From the NCBI GenBank assembly GCA_000018565.1, contig CP000875.1:569199-633198 (forward strand): DNA of 64,000 bases, written 5' to 3'. The notes under the pieces are model-generated. The model did not search any database. It saw only the letters and a list, made by a program, of their open reading frames with translations, and was not told where the DNA came from. The position numbers and the translations under genes were made by a program. This DNA is from Herpetosiphon aurantiacus DSM 785 (GTDB taxonomy: Bacteria; Chloroflexota; Chloroflexia; Chloroflexales; Herpetosiphonaceae). Shown here one piece after another: positions 29,775 to 39,668 of the stretch (position 1 is the first letter of the stretch; each line of letters begins with the position of its first letter).

Positions 29775-31199
29775 TTATTGCAGAGTTACATCGTCCACGA
29801 AGAACGAGGTGGTCAAGCTGCTATCGGTAGTGCCAACGAATTGGACACGCACGGTTTGGCCAGCGTAGGCTGAGAGGCTAATCGTGTCAAGCGTCCAAGT
29901 GTTCTTGGTGCTCGCGTTGCTCCAGGTGCGCAAGGTGGTGATCAAGCTGCCGCTGCTGTTGTAGAGGCGAACATACAAGCGGTCGTAGACAGTGCTGCCA
30001 CTTTCTTGGGTGCTCATGTACCAGTAGTAGCGCAACACACCATTTGATGGAACCGTCACGCTTTGATAGATGTTATCGGTGCCGCTGTTGTAGCCACCCA
30101 AGAAGGCGCTATACGAGCCGCTGCGTGGGCGAGTGGTTGAGATGATATTGCTTGGTGATTGAACCCAGCTAGCGCTGCTTTCGAAGCCACCATTTTGCAA
30201 GCTACCACCTGGCACTGGCGTGCTGGTTGGCACTGGAGTACCTGGTACTGGCGTGCTGGTTGGCACTGGAGTACCTGGCACTGGCGTGCTGGTTGGGGTT
30301 ACCGTACCGACATAGCTGTTGATCCAGCTGGTGTAGTTGGAAACTTTGGTGTACACGCCATACTTATTGGCGCGGGCACAACCATCGCCCCAGCTCACAA
30401 CACCGCTGAGTTTCCATGAGCCGCTGCTTTGAGCGACGAATGGACCACCGCTATCGCCTTGGCATGAGTCTTTGCCGCCAGCAGCGTAGCCAGCACACAC
30501 CATGTTGCCAGTGATTTGGCCGTTGTAGGCGTTTGAGGCGTTACAGGTAGCGGTTGAAACCACAGGCACTTGCACTTTGTACAAGACGTTTGGTGATGAA
30601 CCACCTTCGGTCAACGCGCCCCAACCAGTGACGGTTGAAACAACGCCAGCGTTGTACAAGGCGCTATCAGCGCTGGTGGCGAACGGAATCACGGCAACGC
30701 GGCTGTTGAGGGTTACAGCGCTGCTGAGTTTCAACAAAGCAATGTCGTTGTCGTAGGTTGATGAATTGTAGCTTGGGTGAACAACTGCTTGAGCAATTGT
30801 GCGGCTTTGTTCGGTGCCTTCGTTGGTCGTCCAGTTATGGTCGCCCATCACCACGCTGAGTGATGATACCGAGAAGCCTTGAACACAGTGCGCAGCAGTC
30901 AAAACCCATTGGGGAGCAATCAACGAGCCACCACAATGTAGGCTGCCGTTACGAGCTATCCGAGCTTGCCAGGGGAATTCACCAGCAGTAGCCGCCGAGC
31001 CACCGACAATTTTATCTGGTGGGGGCAATTGTTCGGAACCAGGTTGCTTTTCGTCAACAACAGGGAGCGGATAAACTTCGACTTTTTTGTTGTCTTTGGC
31101 TGAGGCAGCGTAGCCGCCTAACAATACTGATGTGCTCAACACCGTTGCAATGACCGCAGACCGTACCCGACGAATTGTCCAGCGTCCAGATCGTTCCAT
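29775..31199 (-). CDS. Secreted trypsin-like (S1A) serine protease with Pro/Thr-rich repeat linker and C-terminal beta-rich domain
   Basis: IVGGSAATAGEFPWQ (mature N-terminus), TAAHC (His), DNDIALLKL (Asp), GDSGGP (Ser); tandem TPVPGTPVPTS repeats; signal peptide. Confidence 0.9.
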   Translation of the reverse strand: MERSGRWTIRRVRSAVIATVLSTSVLLGGYAASAKDNKKVEVYPLPVVDEKQPGSEQLPPPDKIVGGSAATAGEFPWQARIARNGSLHCGGSLIAPQWVLTAAHCVQGFSVSSLSVVMGDHNWTTNEGTEQSRTIAQAVVHPSYNSSTYDNDIALLKLSSAVTLNSRVAVIPFATSADSALYNAGVVSTVTGWGALTEGGSSPNVLYKVQVPVVSTATCNASNAYNGQITGNMVCAGYAAGGKDSCQGDSGGPFVAQSSGSWKLSGVVSWGDGCARANKYGVYTKVSNYTSWINSYVGTVTPTSTPVPGTPVPTSTPVPGTPVPTSTPVPGGSLQNGGFESSASWVQSPSNIISTTRPRSGSYSAFLGGYNSGTDNIYQSVTVPSNGVLRYYWYMSTQESGSTVYDRLYVRLYNSSGSLITTLRTWSNASTKNTWTLDTISLSAYAGQTVRVQFVGTTDSSLTTSFFVDDVTLQ

Positions 31200-31513
31200 G
31201 ATAGCTCCTTATGCACAGACCAAACGATGTTGTGTTATTGAGCCAAAGCCGTGTCCCAGCAAAGCCGGTTTGCTCAAGAAGTAAAAACTTCTTAACACAC
31301 AACCTACTATAATTGACGAAATTGTTTGAATCAACTAGATTGTTTGTTAGATTGTTTGATGATTACGGCCTTTTTATGACGTGGCTCAAGCAATAACACT
31401 GCCGGAGAAGCGCGAAGGCGCACACCTCAACATCGTCGTTGCCTATCATCAACCTATCAATTGTTGAACCCTCGTGGCCGGCTCAGCCATAGGGGTTCAC
31501 CGAGGTACTGCCT

Positions 31514-33025
31514 GTGGGACGCAAATCCAAGCAAGGTACGTCGTACCTTCGTCTACTCCGCGAAGAACGTGGGATTTCACTAACCGAGATGGTCGGGCTG
31601 GTCGGCTATACCAAAGGCTATATTTCAGCTGTCGAGACGGGGGTTTCTAAGCCAACCAGTTCATTTTTGCATGCCTACGAGCGGGCCTTGGGTTTGGACG
31701 AGGGCAGTTTGGCCGCCAGCGCCGAACAAGCAATTAGCCAAGTGCTCACCACTGCCCAAGCAGGCTTGATGCCTGAACCACCGAAACTTGACCCGACGTT
31801 ATTGCCGATTGCCAATAAAGGCGCAGTTTTAGAGGGTGTCCAATCAATTCTGTTGCAGGCGATCGCCATGGTGACCGCCGCCGCCAAGCAAAGCCCATGG
31901 CCTGGGGCCGAAATTGTCGTGACTTTTCAAAGTGAGCATGACCCATTGACCGTATTTCCTGAATTGGCGGTGCCATGGCGAGCAGCTTTACGCCAAGCCC
32001 TACACGCTGGCTGGAATGTGGTGCATCTCTGGCGTTTACGGATTGAAAATCAACATCGCTTCGAATTAATTGCCCGAATGCTCTCGATGCTCGGCTATCG
32101 TGGCAAATATCAGCCCTATCTTTTCCCCAATCATGTGCTGCCTGGTGCACCTGCCGATGTGATTATTGTGCCTGGACAAGGGGCTTTATGGCTGTTTGGC
32201 AGTCGTCAATCCAGACATGTTGATAGTGGCTTTTTCTTTCCCCCTGATAGCCCGCATTATCCATTGATTAGCCAATTTGCTACCACCATGCGTTCGCAAA
32301 CCCAACCACTGCTCGAGGTCTATCCCGAACGCTCGTTAGATTTCAAAGCCTTGGCCTTGCAATTTGAGGTTGAGGATGGCGCTCAATTGTTGTTAAAAGA
32401 AGGCCTGAGTTTTCAATCGATGCCAATTGCAATTCGCAACGCTTGTATTCAACGGATTTTGCAAGCGCCCTTAGTGCGTTCGCTGCAAGAACAGACCCAT
32501 TTGGAAGTGTGGTGTCAGCAACTGTTAGATCATCATCGCCAACGTGTCCATTTATTTGAGCAATTTCTGCAAGATCGCCAGCACGAGGCGCGTCATGTTG
32601 TTACCAAAACCGCAATTTTGCGTTTATTGAGCCATGGCGAATTGCCTGCCGATGATTGGCTGCGCGATCAGCCGCAAAGTCAATTGACAGTAGCCGAGGC
32701 TTTGGCCTGGTTGCGCCATGTGATCTGGCTCTTGCAGGTGTACCCAAATTATCAATTGGCGATTGTTGATGCGATTGATCCAGCTTATTTTCCCGTAGCT
32801 TGGAAGGTCGAAGGTCGTCAAACCTTGATTTTGGAATCGTGGCAAGCAGCCGATACTGAAGATGGTCGCGAAAACGTCAATATTATTATTCATGATCGGA
32901 CAATTGCCCAATCATTCCGTGAACATTTTTTCAACTACTGGGAGCGTTTGAGTAATCGCGAACGCAACAAAGATTGTGTGATCGATTGGTTGCAGAGCCA
33001 AGTGATGCAGCCTGTCAAACTATAA
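31514..33025 (+). CDS. XRE-family HTH transcriptional regulator with large C-terminal domain of unknown function
   Basis: N-terminal LRLLREERGISLTEMVGLVGYTKGYISAVETG helix-turn-helix; 503 aa. Confidence 0.55.
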   Translation: MGRKSKQGTSYLRLLREERGISLTEMVGLVGYTKGYISAVETGVSKPTSSFLHAYERALGLDEGSLAASAEQAISQVLTTAQAGLMPEPPKLDPTLLPIANKGAVLEGVQSILLQAIAMVTAAAKQSPWPGAEIVVTFQSEHDPLTVFPELAVPWRAALRQALHAGWNVVHLWRLRIENQHRFELIARMLSMLGYRGKYQPYLFPNHVLPGAPADVIIVPGQGALWLFGSRQSRHVDSGFFFPPDSPHYPLISQFATTMRSQTQPLLEVYPERSLDFKALALQFEVEDGAQLLLKEGLSFQSMPIAIRNACIQRILQAPLVRSLQEQTHLEVWCQQLLDHHRQRVHLFEQFLQDRQHEARHVVTKTAILRLLSHGELPADDWLRDQPQSQLTVAEALAWLRHVIWLLQVYPNYQLAIVDAIDPAYFPVAWKVEGRQTLILESWQAADTEDGRENVNIIIHDRTIAQSFREHFFNYWERLSNRERNKDCVIDWLQSQVMQPVKL

Positions 33026-33094
33026 TCGCGTTTGTCTTCAATGGAGTAGCGTTCTTGGGTTGGTTGAAGAATTGCTTGTACTAAGGAGCCAACC

Positions 33095-34543
33095 ATGGCG
33101 AATCAATGGAATCCGAATATGTCGCCCTATCGGCAAGATCGTTCCTCGTGTATGCCAGTATTACTAATTATTTTTGTGCTAACGCTCGGAATTGGTGGTG
33201 GAATCTATTTTTTCGTCAATAATGTGATGAGCGATGCCTTTGAATCGAGCATTACCCAAGTCTCATCGCAAATGGAAACAGCAGTGGTTGGTAGTAGTGC
33301 GAATGAACCAGCGATTGCCGGCTCGGTGCTCTATAGTTCAACCCAATTAGCCTATGATCGCAATGGCGACGAGCGTAACGAACTTTTAGTGCAACTTTCA
33401 AACAATAGCCAATATTCAATGGCCTTGCTTGATGGTGCTGATGGCAAACCAATTTGGCAAACTGAACTTGGCAGCGAATCCTATGAGCTGATCGCGCTTG
33501 ATCAATATGTTGCAGTGATTAAAGAACGTGATTTTCGCTTATTTAATAGTCAAGATGGCACATTTGGCTGGCAAACCCGCTTAACTGATCGGCTCCAAAG
33601 CAGCCCACCGATGCTATTTATTGCTGATGATCTATTGGTAATTCAGACTTACGATAATATTTTGACGGCCTATGAATTGAAAACAGGCAGCCAACGATGG
33701 CAAAAACCCTTGGAAGCGAGCTATGCCAGTGATTTGGTGCGGCTTGGCGATGAATTATGTGGAACCGAGCGTGATGCTGAATCGCTAGAGTTTGTCGTTT
33801 GCTACGCCTTGAAAACTGGCGAACAGCGCCAAGCCATCCAATTGAATAACGATTGGACTGAACAAGTGGAATGGATTGCTGATCCGTTAAGCAACGATGG
33901 AATTTTGCGCTTGCAAAGTGACCCTGAGCCAATTACGCTCTCAGCGATTGGGCTTGATCAGCAGCAGCGCTGGAGTGTTGAGCTAGATGAGGCGTTTTAC
34001 TATAGTTTTCGTGGTAGTGAGCAACGCTTTGCCAATAGTAGTGATCATATAGCGATTGGGGCTGAACAGCATATCGCGATTATTACCGCTGAACGCAAGG
34101 TAGTTATGTATAGTTTGACCGATTATGCGCTGACTCCGTTGGGTTTTGATAATGATGTTTTATATGTTTCGGCAGTCAAGCAGCGCGGCACAAATACAGT
34201 CAGCATTTTAGCGATCAATGCCCAAACCGCCGAACTCATTTGGCGGCTTGACGATTTGGGCGAGTCGCATGAGTGGAGTGGTAGCGGTAAAATTCAAGGG
34301 GTTGTTGTGCCTGGCGAGGGTATGATTTTTGGCTGGCTTGACCCCGAAATTGATGATTTGGTGCGGGTGCAATTGCTCAAACGCCAAGATGGCACGGTTG
34401 GTTGGTCGTTTCAACAACAGATGTTTATTGGTCAAGTACCTGTATTAACTCGAACCGGCAATGCCTTGCTAATTCAAACCAGCGATGGCTTAACGATGAC
34501 CAATTTACGGACTGGCGAAAGTTTGTGGACGCTGACGCGCTAA
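33095..34543 (+). CDS. PQQ-like beta-propeller repeat protein, membrane-anchored
   Basis: N-terminal TM; seven or more repeats of G-x-x-x-W (GKPIWQTELG, GTFGWQTRL, GSQRWQKPL, QQRWSVEL, AELIWRLDDLG, GTVGWSFQQ, GESLWTLTR). Confidence 0.7.
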   Translation: MANQWNPNMSPYRQDRSSCMPVLLIIFVLTLGIGGGIYFFVNNVMSDAFESSITQVSSQMETAVVGSSANEPAIAGSVLYSSTQLAYDRNGDERNELLVQLSNNSQYSMALLDGADGKPIWQTELGSESYELIALDQYVAVIKERDFRLFNSQDGTFGWQTRLTDRLQSSPPMLFIADDLLVIQTYDNILTAYELKTGSQRWQKPLEASYASDLVRLGDELCGTERDAESLEFVVCYALKTGEQRQAIQLNNDWTEQVEWIADPLSNDGILRLQSDPEPITLSAIGLDQQQRWSVELDEAFYYSFRGSEQRFANSSDHIAIGAEQHIAIITAERKVVMYSLTDYALTPLGFDNDVLYVSAVKQRGTNTVSILAINAQTAELIWRLDDLGESHEWSGSGKIQGVVVPGEGMIFGWLDPEIDDLVRVQLLKRQDGTVGWSFQQQMFIGQVPVLTRTGNALLIQTSDGLTMTNLRTGESLWTLTR

Positions 34544-34588
34544 AAACCAAAAAGCCCCTTGAGTTCGTTCAAGGGGCTTTGACTTGGC

Positions 34589-35374
34589 TTACTGCGGGTG
34601 GGCAAAATTGTGTAGCACTTGGACTAATGCATTAAGATCGAGATTGCGCACATAGAGCGAACCTTCAGCTTCGGGCACAAGTAACCATTGTTGTTGCTCA
34701 CCACAAACCAAGGTAAAAGCCTGTTGCACGCTACTTTCTGGCTTATTTTGAAGCAATGCTAAGGCACTGATCGAACGCAATTGCTCAAAACTTTGGCCAA
34801 ATGCTTCAGCCACATTGGCAGTTAAACCGCCAGCTTGCAATTGCTCAACCACCTGTTCGCGTTTGATTGTACGCATGCTGGCGATGCTTCGAAACACTGC
34901 TTCGCTCAAGCTTCCCGTTAACGTTTCGGCAACTTCAACTTCGGCTGGCTCAATAATATCCAGCGCTGCTTGCACAATCTCGCGCGTGTGGGGTAGGGCA
35001 ATCAGTTGGTGAATACCGCCTTGTCCGCGATGAAAAAGGTATTGCTGTTTAGCATGATGAATATAGTTTGCCTGTTGTTTTTGGCCAGCAGGCTGATGCA
35101 AAATCACCCAAGTTTGGCTGGGTTGGCTAATAATGCTCAGCCACTCGGCCACCATCGGCTCCAAAACAGGCTGGTCATCGGTTAATTCGAGCAGGCCGTG
35201 GGCGATCAGGCTCCGTTCGGCGGCTCCTAATAAATATTGTTGATATTGCTCAGGCAAATCGCCAAAGACTTGATTGGCCAAATCGTCAAAGCCCAGCGGC
35301 AAGGGCAAATCGGCCACAATCAAACAAACAAATAATTCCTCTTGGCTTAACGAAAAGCCGCGTAATTCACTCAT
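34589..35374 (-). CDS. Hypothetical protein
   Basis: 261 aa ORF, no recognisable motif. Confidence 0.35.
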   Translation of the reverse strand: MSELRGFSLSQEELFVCLIVADLPLPLGFDDLANQVFGDLPEQYQQYLLGAAERSLIAHGLLELTDDQPVLEPMVAEWLSIISQPSQTWVILHQPAGQKQQANYIHHAKQQYLFHRGQGGIHQLIALPHTREIVQAALDIIEPAEVEVAETLTGSLSEAVFRSIASMRTIKREQVVEQLQAGGLTANVAEAFGQSFEQLRSISALALLQNKPESSVQQAFTLVCGEQQQWLLVPEAEGSLYVRNLDLNALVQVLHNFAHPQ

Positions 35375-35540
35375 TTGGATACTCCATGGATTAGTTTGAA
35401 AATGCGATTATACCAGTACTCCAACTACGGCTAGCGTTGTTGGTGATAGGCTCGCTTGTTAATCCTAAACGGCTGAATCTGCGTAAATCGTGATACAATG
35501 CACAAAGATTGGCGAGCAGCATCTGCAATGGAGCGTTATT

Positions 35541-37022
35541 GTGTCAACAAAAATACCTACTACTTTTGGTGATTTACGCGAATGGATCGCCTTTTTGGAA
35601 AAACGCGGCGAATTGAAACGGATCAAAACGCCGGTTTCGGCTGATCTTGAAATCACTGAAATTACTGATCGCGTTTCTAAAATGAAGCAAGGTCAAGGAA
35701 ATGTCGCTTTACTCTTTGAAAATGTGATTGGCTCAGATCTGCCAGTTTTGATCAATGGAGTGGGCACTGAGCAACGCATGGCTTGGGCCTTGGGCTTAGA
35801 AAAACTCGACGATCTGCGGGCACGCTTGGCGAGTGTGGTTAAGCCTGAAGTTCCCGAGGGGGTTTTCGACAAGCTTAAAAAAGTCAGCGAGCTTTCAGAA
35901 ATTGTGCGCTATCGGCCTAAAACGGTTGCCAGCGCTCCCTGCCAAGATATTGTCTGGACGGGCGACCAGATTGATTTGAATAAATTGCCAATTTTAAAAT
36001 GCTGGCCCGATGATGGTGGCCGCTACGTCACCCTAACCACAGTCATTTCACGCGATCCCTACAAAGGCATTCGCAATGTGGGGATGTATCGGGTGCAGGT
36101 TTACGATGAAAAAACCGTCGGCATGCACTGGCAAATTCACAAAGGTGGCACTGAACATCAACGCGAGGCGCTGCGCAAAGGTGGGGTGAAATTGCCGGTT
36201 GCCGTAGCAATTGGCGGCGATTATGCCACGATCTACTCGGGCTCGGCTCCACTGCCACCAGGCATCGATGAAATTATGTTGGCTGGTTGGTTGCGGCGCG
36301 AACGGGTTGAGATGGTCAAATGCAAAACGATCGATCTCGAAGTGCCCGCCAATGCCGAAATTATTCTCGAAGGTTATGTTGACCCCAGCGAAAGTCGGCT
36401 TGAAGGGCCATTCGGCGATCATACTGGCTACTATTCGCTGGCCGATCAATATCCCGTGATGCACCTGACCGCCATCACCATGCGCAAGGATGCGATTTAT
36501 CCGACGACGATTGTGGGTTATCCACCGCAAGAAGATTATTGGCTTGGCAAAGCGACTGAGCGCTTGTTCTTGCCATTGATGCAGTTGGTCGTGCCTGAGG
36601 TGATCGATGTCAATATGCCTGCCGAAGGGACGTTCCATAATCTATTGGTGGTCAGCATCAAGAAAAAATACCCCGGCCAAGTGCGCAAAGTGATGTATGG
36701 CCTGTGGGGCTTGATGCTCATGTCGTTGACCAAATTTATTATTGTGGTCGATGAAGATATTGATGTACAGGATATGAACCAAGTCTTGTTTCATGTCACA
36801 TCGAATGTTGATCCGCAGCGCGATACGGTGATTGTGGAAGGGCCACTTGATGCGCTCGACCACTCGGCAGATCATTTTGCTTATGGCCACAAAATGGGGA
36901 TTGATGCTACCCGCAAGCGCCAAGATATCGATCGGTTTCCGCGTGAATGGCCTCAAGACATTCGCATGACCCAATCGATTGTGGATCGGGTGACCAAACG
37001 CTGGCGTGAATATGGCTTCTAG
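35541..37022 (+). CDS. ubiD: UbiD-family decarboxylase (3-octaprenyl-4-hydroxybenzoate carboxy-lyase-like)
   Basis: N-terminus FGDLREWIAFLEKRGELKRIKTPVSADLEITEITDRV resembles E. coli UbiD; GTG start at 35541 with GGAG RBS; conserved …GPFGDHTGYY… region. Confidence 0.85.
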   Translation: MSTKIPTTFGDLREWIAFLEKRGELKRIKTPVSADLEITEITDRVSKMKQGQGNVALLFENVIGSDLPVLINGVGTEQRMAWALGLEKLDDLRARLASVVKPEVPEGVFDKLKKVSELSEIVRYRPKTVASAPCQDIVWTGDQIDLNKLPILKCWPDDGGRYVTLTTVISRDPYKGIRNVGMYRVQVYDEKTVGMHWQIHKGGTEHQREALRKGGVKLPVAVAIGGDYATIYSGSAPLPPGIDEIMLAGWLRRERVEMVKCKTIDLEVPANAEIILEGYVDPSESRLEGPFGDHTGYYSLADQYPVMHLTAITMRKDAIYPTTIVGYPPQEDYWLGKATERLFLPLMQLVVPEVIDVNMPAEGTFHNLLVVSIKKKYPGQVRKVMYGLWGLMLMSLTKFIIVVDEDIDVQDMNQVLFHVTSNVDPQRDTVIVEGPLDALDHSADHFAYGHKMGIDATRKRQDIDRFPREWPQDIRMTQSIVDRVTKRWREYGF

Positions 37023-37179
37023 TTAATCGATTGCCTTGATCAAACAGCGCTGACCAATGTTGGTTGGCGCTGTTTTTTTATTAGGTGTGACAACGTTTGA
37101 TCGAAACAATTGTCGCATGGCTGTCGCATGGCCTTCGCTAAGCTGTCGCTGTGTCAATTGAGCGAGACACAGCTAGACA

Positions 37180-38007
37180 ATGGTGGAGGCCAGAATGAAC
37201 TCGCATACCCAATATTTGACGCTTGTCGCAACCGTCGCAACGACCCAAGCTTGGAATTTAACCCCAGAACAACACCAGCACATAGCAACATTACTTGCCC
37301 ACTATAGTCAACATGCGACAAACGCTCCATTAACTGACATAACGATCAACCTTTGGCATGATTATGCGACAGTTCAAGCGGCGCTTGATCCACTCCATCC
37401 TGAGCATGAAGCAGTCTGCCACCAAGTGTATCAATATATTCTGCACTGTTTGAAACAACGCCATGTATTAGGTGTTGATGATCTTTATCTTGATGATCGC
37501 TCACCGGATGTATGCGCCTATGCTGATGTGATCCAAAAGCTTGGTCAATTTCGCTTTGAAGCACGACTGAGCACCTATATTTATCAGATAACGCGGCGAG
37601 CTGTGTTGCAATGGCGACGGGCTACTAATGCCTTAAAACGTGGTGGAATGGGCTTTAATCAGCAACCAAATGATGCGACGAGCCGATCAATCCAACAAAT
37701 TGTCTATTTAAGCCAAAGCCACCTTGAGCAAGATAGCTTGGTCGCGCCAGATCCATCAGTTGATGATCTAGTGGTGTTGCGTCAACTGAAACGCGAAGTG
37801 CTCAAAGTTGTCGTTACAATGGATGATGACCCGCTGTATGCGGTTGCGCAGCGTTTATGGAATGAACTCTTGTTTGAGCAAACCAATATTTCGGCCTTAG
37901 CCCAAGCAGAGGGCTTAACGGTCAATGAATTATTTAATTTGCGGGCACGCTTGGGGCGGCGCTGTCGTGGCGTGGTTGAAAGTTGGCGCGAGGGTTTCGG
38001 TGAGTGA
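37180..38007 (+). CDS. Sigma-70 family (ECF-like) RNA polymerase sigma factor
   Basis: Region 2-like FEARLSTYIYQITRRAVLQWRR and region 4-like HTH ALAQAEGLTVNELFNLRARLGRR. Confidence 0.5.
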   Translation: MVEARMNSHTQYLTLVATVATTQAWNLTPEQHQHIATLLAHYSQHATNAPLTDITINLWHDYATVQAALDPLHPEHEAVCHQVYQYILHCLKQRHVLGVDDLYLDDRSPDVCAYADVIQKLGQFRFEARLSTYIYQITRRAVLQWRRATNALKRGGMGFNQQPNDATSRSIQQIVYLSQSHLEQDSLVAPDPSVDDLVVLRQLKREVLKVVVTMDDDPLYAVAQRLWNELLFEQTNISALAQAEGLTVNELFNLRARLGRRCRGVVESWREGFGE

Positions 38008-38127
38008 AATTTAACCTAGATCGCTCCTACACTTTATGGTAAGATAGTCAACAATTATTGAATAGATAAGCCAGTGGCAACGGCGCTGCTGGCTTTTAGC
38101 TAGTTCAAAATCAAGGAGTATGGCCCC

Positions 38128-39315
38128 ATGAGCAACGAGCGCGAACCGGTGTTGTTGAGTGCTGCCCGCACGCCAATTGGCAAGTTTGGCGGGAGCCTCG
38201 CTGATTTAACTGCGCCTCAACTCGGTGCGATCGCAATTAAGGCCGCATTGGAGCGAGCTGGAATCAACGGCGATGTGGTTGATGAAGTGATTATGGGTAA
38301 TGTCGTTGGGGCGGGCTTGGGTCAAGCACCTGCGCGACAAGCAGCTTTGGGTGCTGGTGTGCCCGATAGCGTGAGCGCCCTAACAATTAATAAGGTTTGT
38401 GGTTCGGGCTTAAAGGCCGTGATGTTGGCCGCCAGCATGATCAAAGCTGGTGATGCTGAGCTGATTGTGGCTGGTGGCATGGAAAACATGTCGCGAGCGC
38501 CCTACCTTTTGCCTCAAGCCCGCTTTGGCTATCGGCTTGGCAACGGTGAAATTCAAGATGCCGTAGTGCATGATGGCTTGTGGTGTGCGGTTGAGCATCA
38601 TCATATGGGCAACTCAGCTGAGTGGGTCGCCGATGCTTGCAATGTTAGTCGCGAAATGCAAGATGAATTTGCCTACAATTCACATCGCAAAGCAGCAGCA
38701 GCGATTGCTCGTGGCGCGTTCAAAAACGAAATTGTGCCTGTTGAACTCAAGAGCCGCAAAGGCACAACCATTTTTGATACCGACGAGCCAGTTCGTGCCG
38801 ATAGCACGGTTGAAGCCTTGGCCAAATTAAAGCCAGCCTTCAAAGCTGATGGCTCTGTTACTGCTGGCAATGCACCTGGCATTACCGATGGCGCTTCGGC
38901 TTTGGTGGTCGCAAGCATGGCCAAAGCCCAACAACTGGGAGCCAAGCCGCTGGCCCGCATTACTGGCTATGCCCAGGCTGGCGTGAAACCACTCGAAATC
39001 TTTACAGCTCCAGCCTTTGCTGTGCGCCGCTTGCTTGAAGTAACCAACACCAGCTTGGCCGATTACGATTTGTATGAATTCAATGAAGCCTTTGCCGCCC
39101 AAGCGCTTGCCAACGGCCACGACCTCAAGATCGATTGGGATCGCTTGAATGTCAATGGTGGAGCGGTCGCTTTGGGTCACCCGATTGGGGCTAGCGGCGC
39201 ACGCGTATTGACGACGCTGGTGTATGCCTTGCAAGAACGTGGTGGCAAGCGTGGCCTCGCGACCCTCTGTTTAGGTGGTGGCGAAGCCGTTGCCTTGGCA
39301 ATTGAATTGATTTAA
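38128..39315 (+). CDS. Acetyl-CoA C-acetyltransferase (thiolase II)
   Basis: [11 protein letters not shown] active-site Cys, [16 protein letters not shown]-terminal [19 protein letters not shown] and CLGGGEAVA. Confidence 0.95.
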   Translation: MSNEREPVLLSAARTPIGKFGGSLADLTAPQLGAIAIKAALERAGINGDVVDEVIMGNVVGAGLGQAPARQAALGAGVPDSVSALTINKVCGSGLKAVMLAASMIKAGDAELIVAGGMENMSRAPYLLPQARFGYRLGNGEIQDAVVHDGLWCAVEHHHMGNSAEWVADACNVSREMQDEFAYNSHRKAAAAIARGAFKNEIVPVELKSRKGTTIFDTDEPVRADSTVEALAKLKPAFKADGSVTAGNAPGITDGASALVVASMAKAQQLGAKPLARITGYAQAGVKPLEIFTAPAFAVRRLLEVTNTSLADYDLYEFNEAFAAQALANGHDLKIDWDRLNVNGGAVALGHPIGASGARVLTTLVYALQERGGKRGLATLCLGGGEAVALAIELI

Positions 39316-39368
39316 GCCAGAGCGGAGAAGGTGATGACGGCACCAAACAACCAACATAAGGAGGAACA

Positions 39369-39569
39369 ATGGGTACTGTTGAGTTGATCTCTACTTTGGA
39401 TGAAGGCGTTCGTGAAGGTCGAATTGCGCCCTACTTGGCCGATTTTATTGCAGCGCAAGCCCTGAATGTTTCAGCCGACGAAGTTGGCTTTAGCGAATGG
39501 GGCAGCCCCGACCACGACGTACTATCCTGCGATGGAGCAACCACCGAAGCCCTTTCCCGTCATCAATAA
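39369..39569 (+). CDS. Hypothetical small protein
   Basis: 66 aa ORF followed by strong GC hairpin (39575-39615). Confidence 0.25.
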   Translation: MGTVELISTLDEGVREGRIAPYLADFIAAQALNVSADEVGFSEWGSPDHDVLSCDGATTEALSRHQ

Positions 39570-39668
39570 AAAAGAGCGTGCGGCGCGACCAAATTGGTCG
39601 CGCCGCACGCTGCGATTGAGCCTAAAAAGTTTGTGAACCTTATCATTTGCAATTTTATTACGAGTGTG

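Noticed and set aside
39575-39615. Strong GC hairpin (agcgtgcggcgcgacc…ggtcgcgccgcacgct) between the small ORF and tRNA-Lys considered as att site
   Set aside because: No matching copy elsewhere in window; more simply a terminator-like hairpin (T-run on minus strand).
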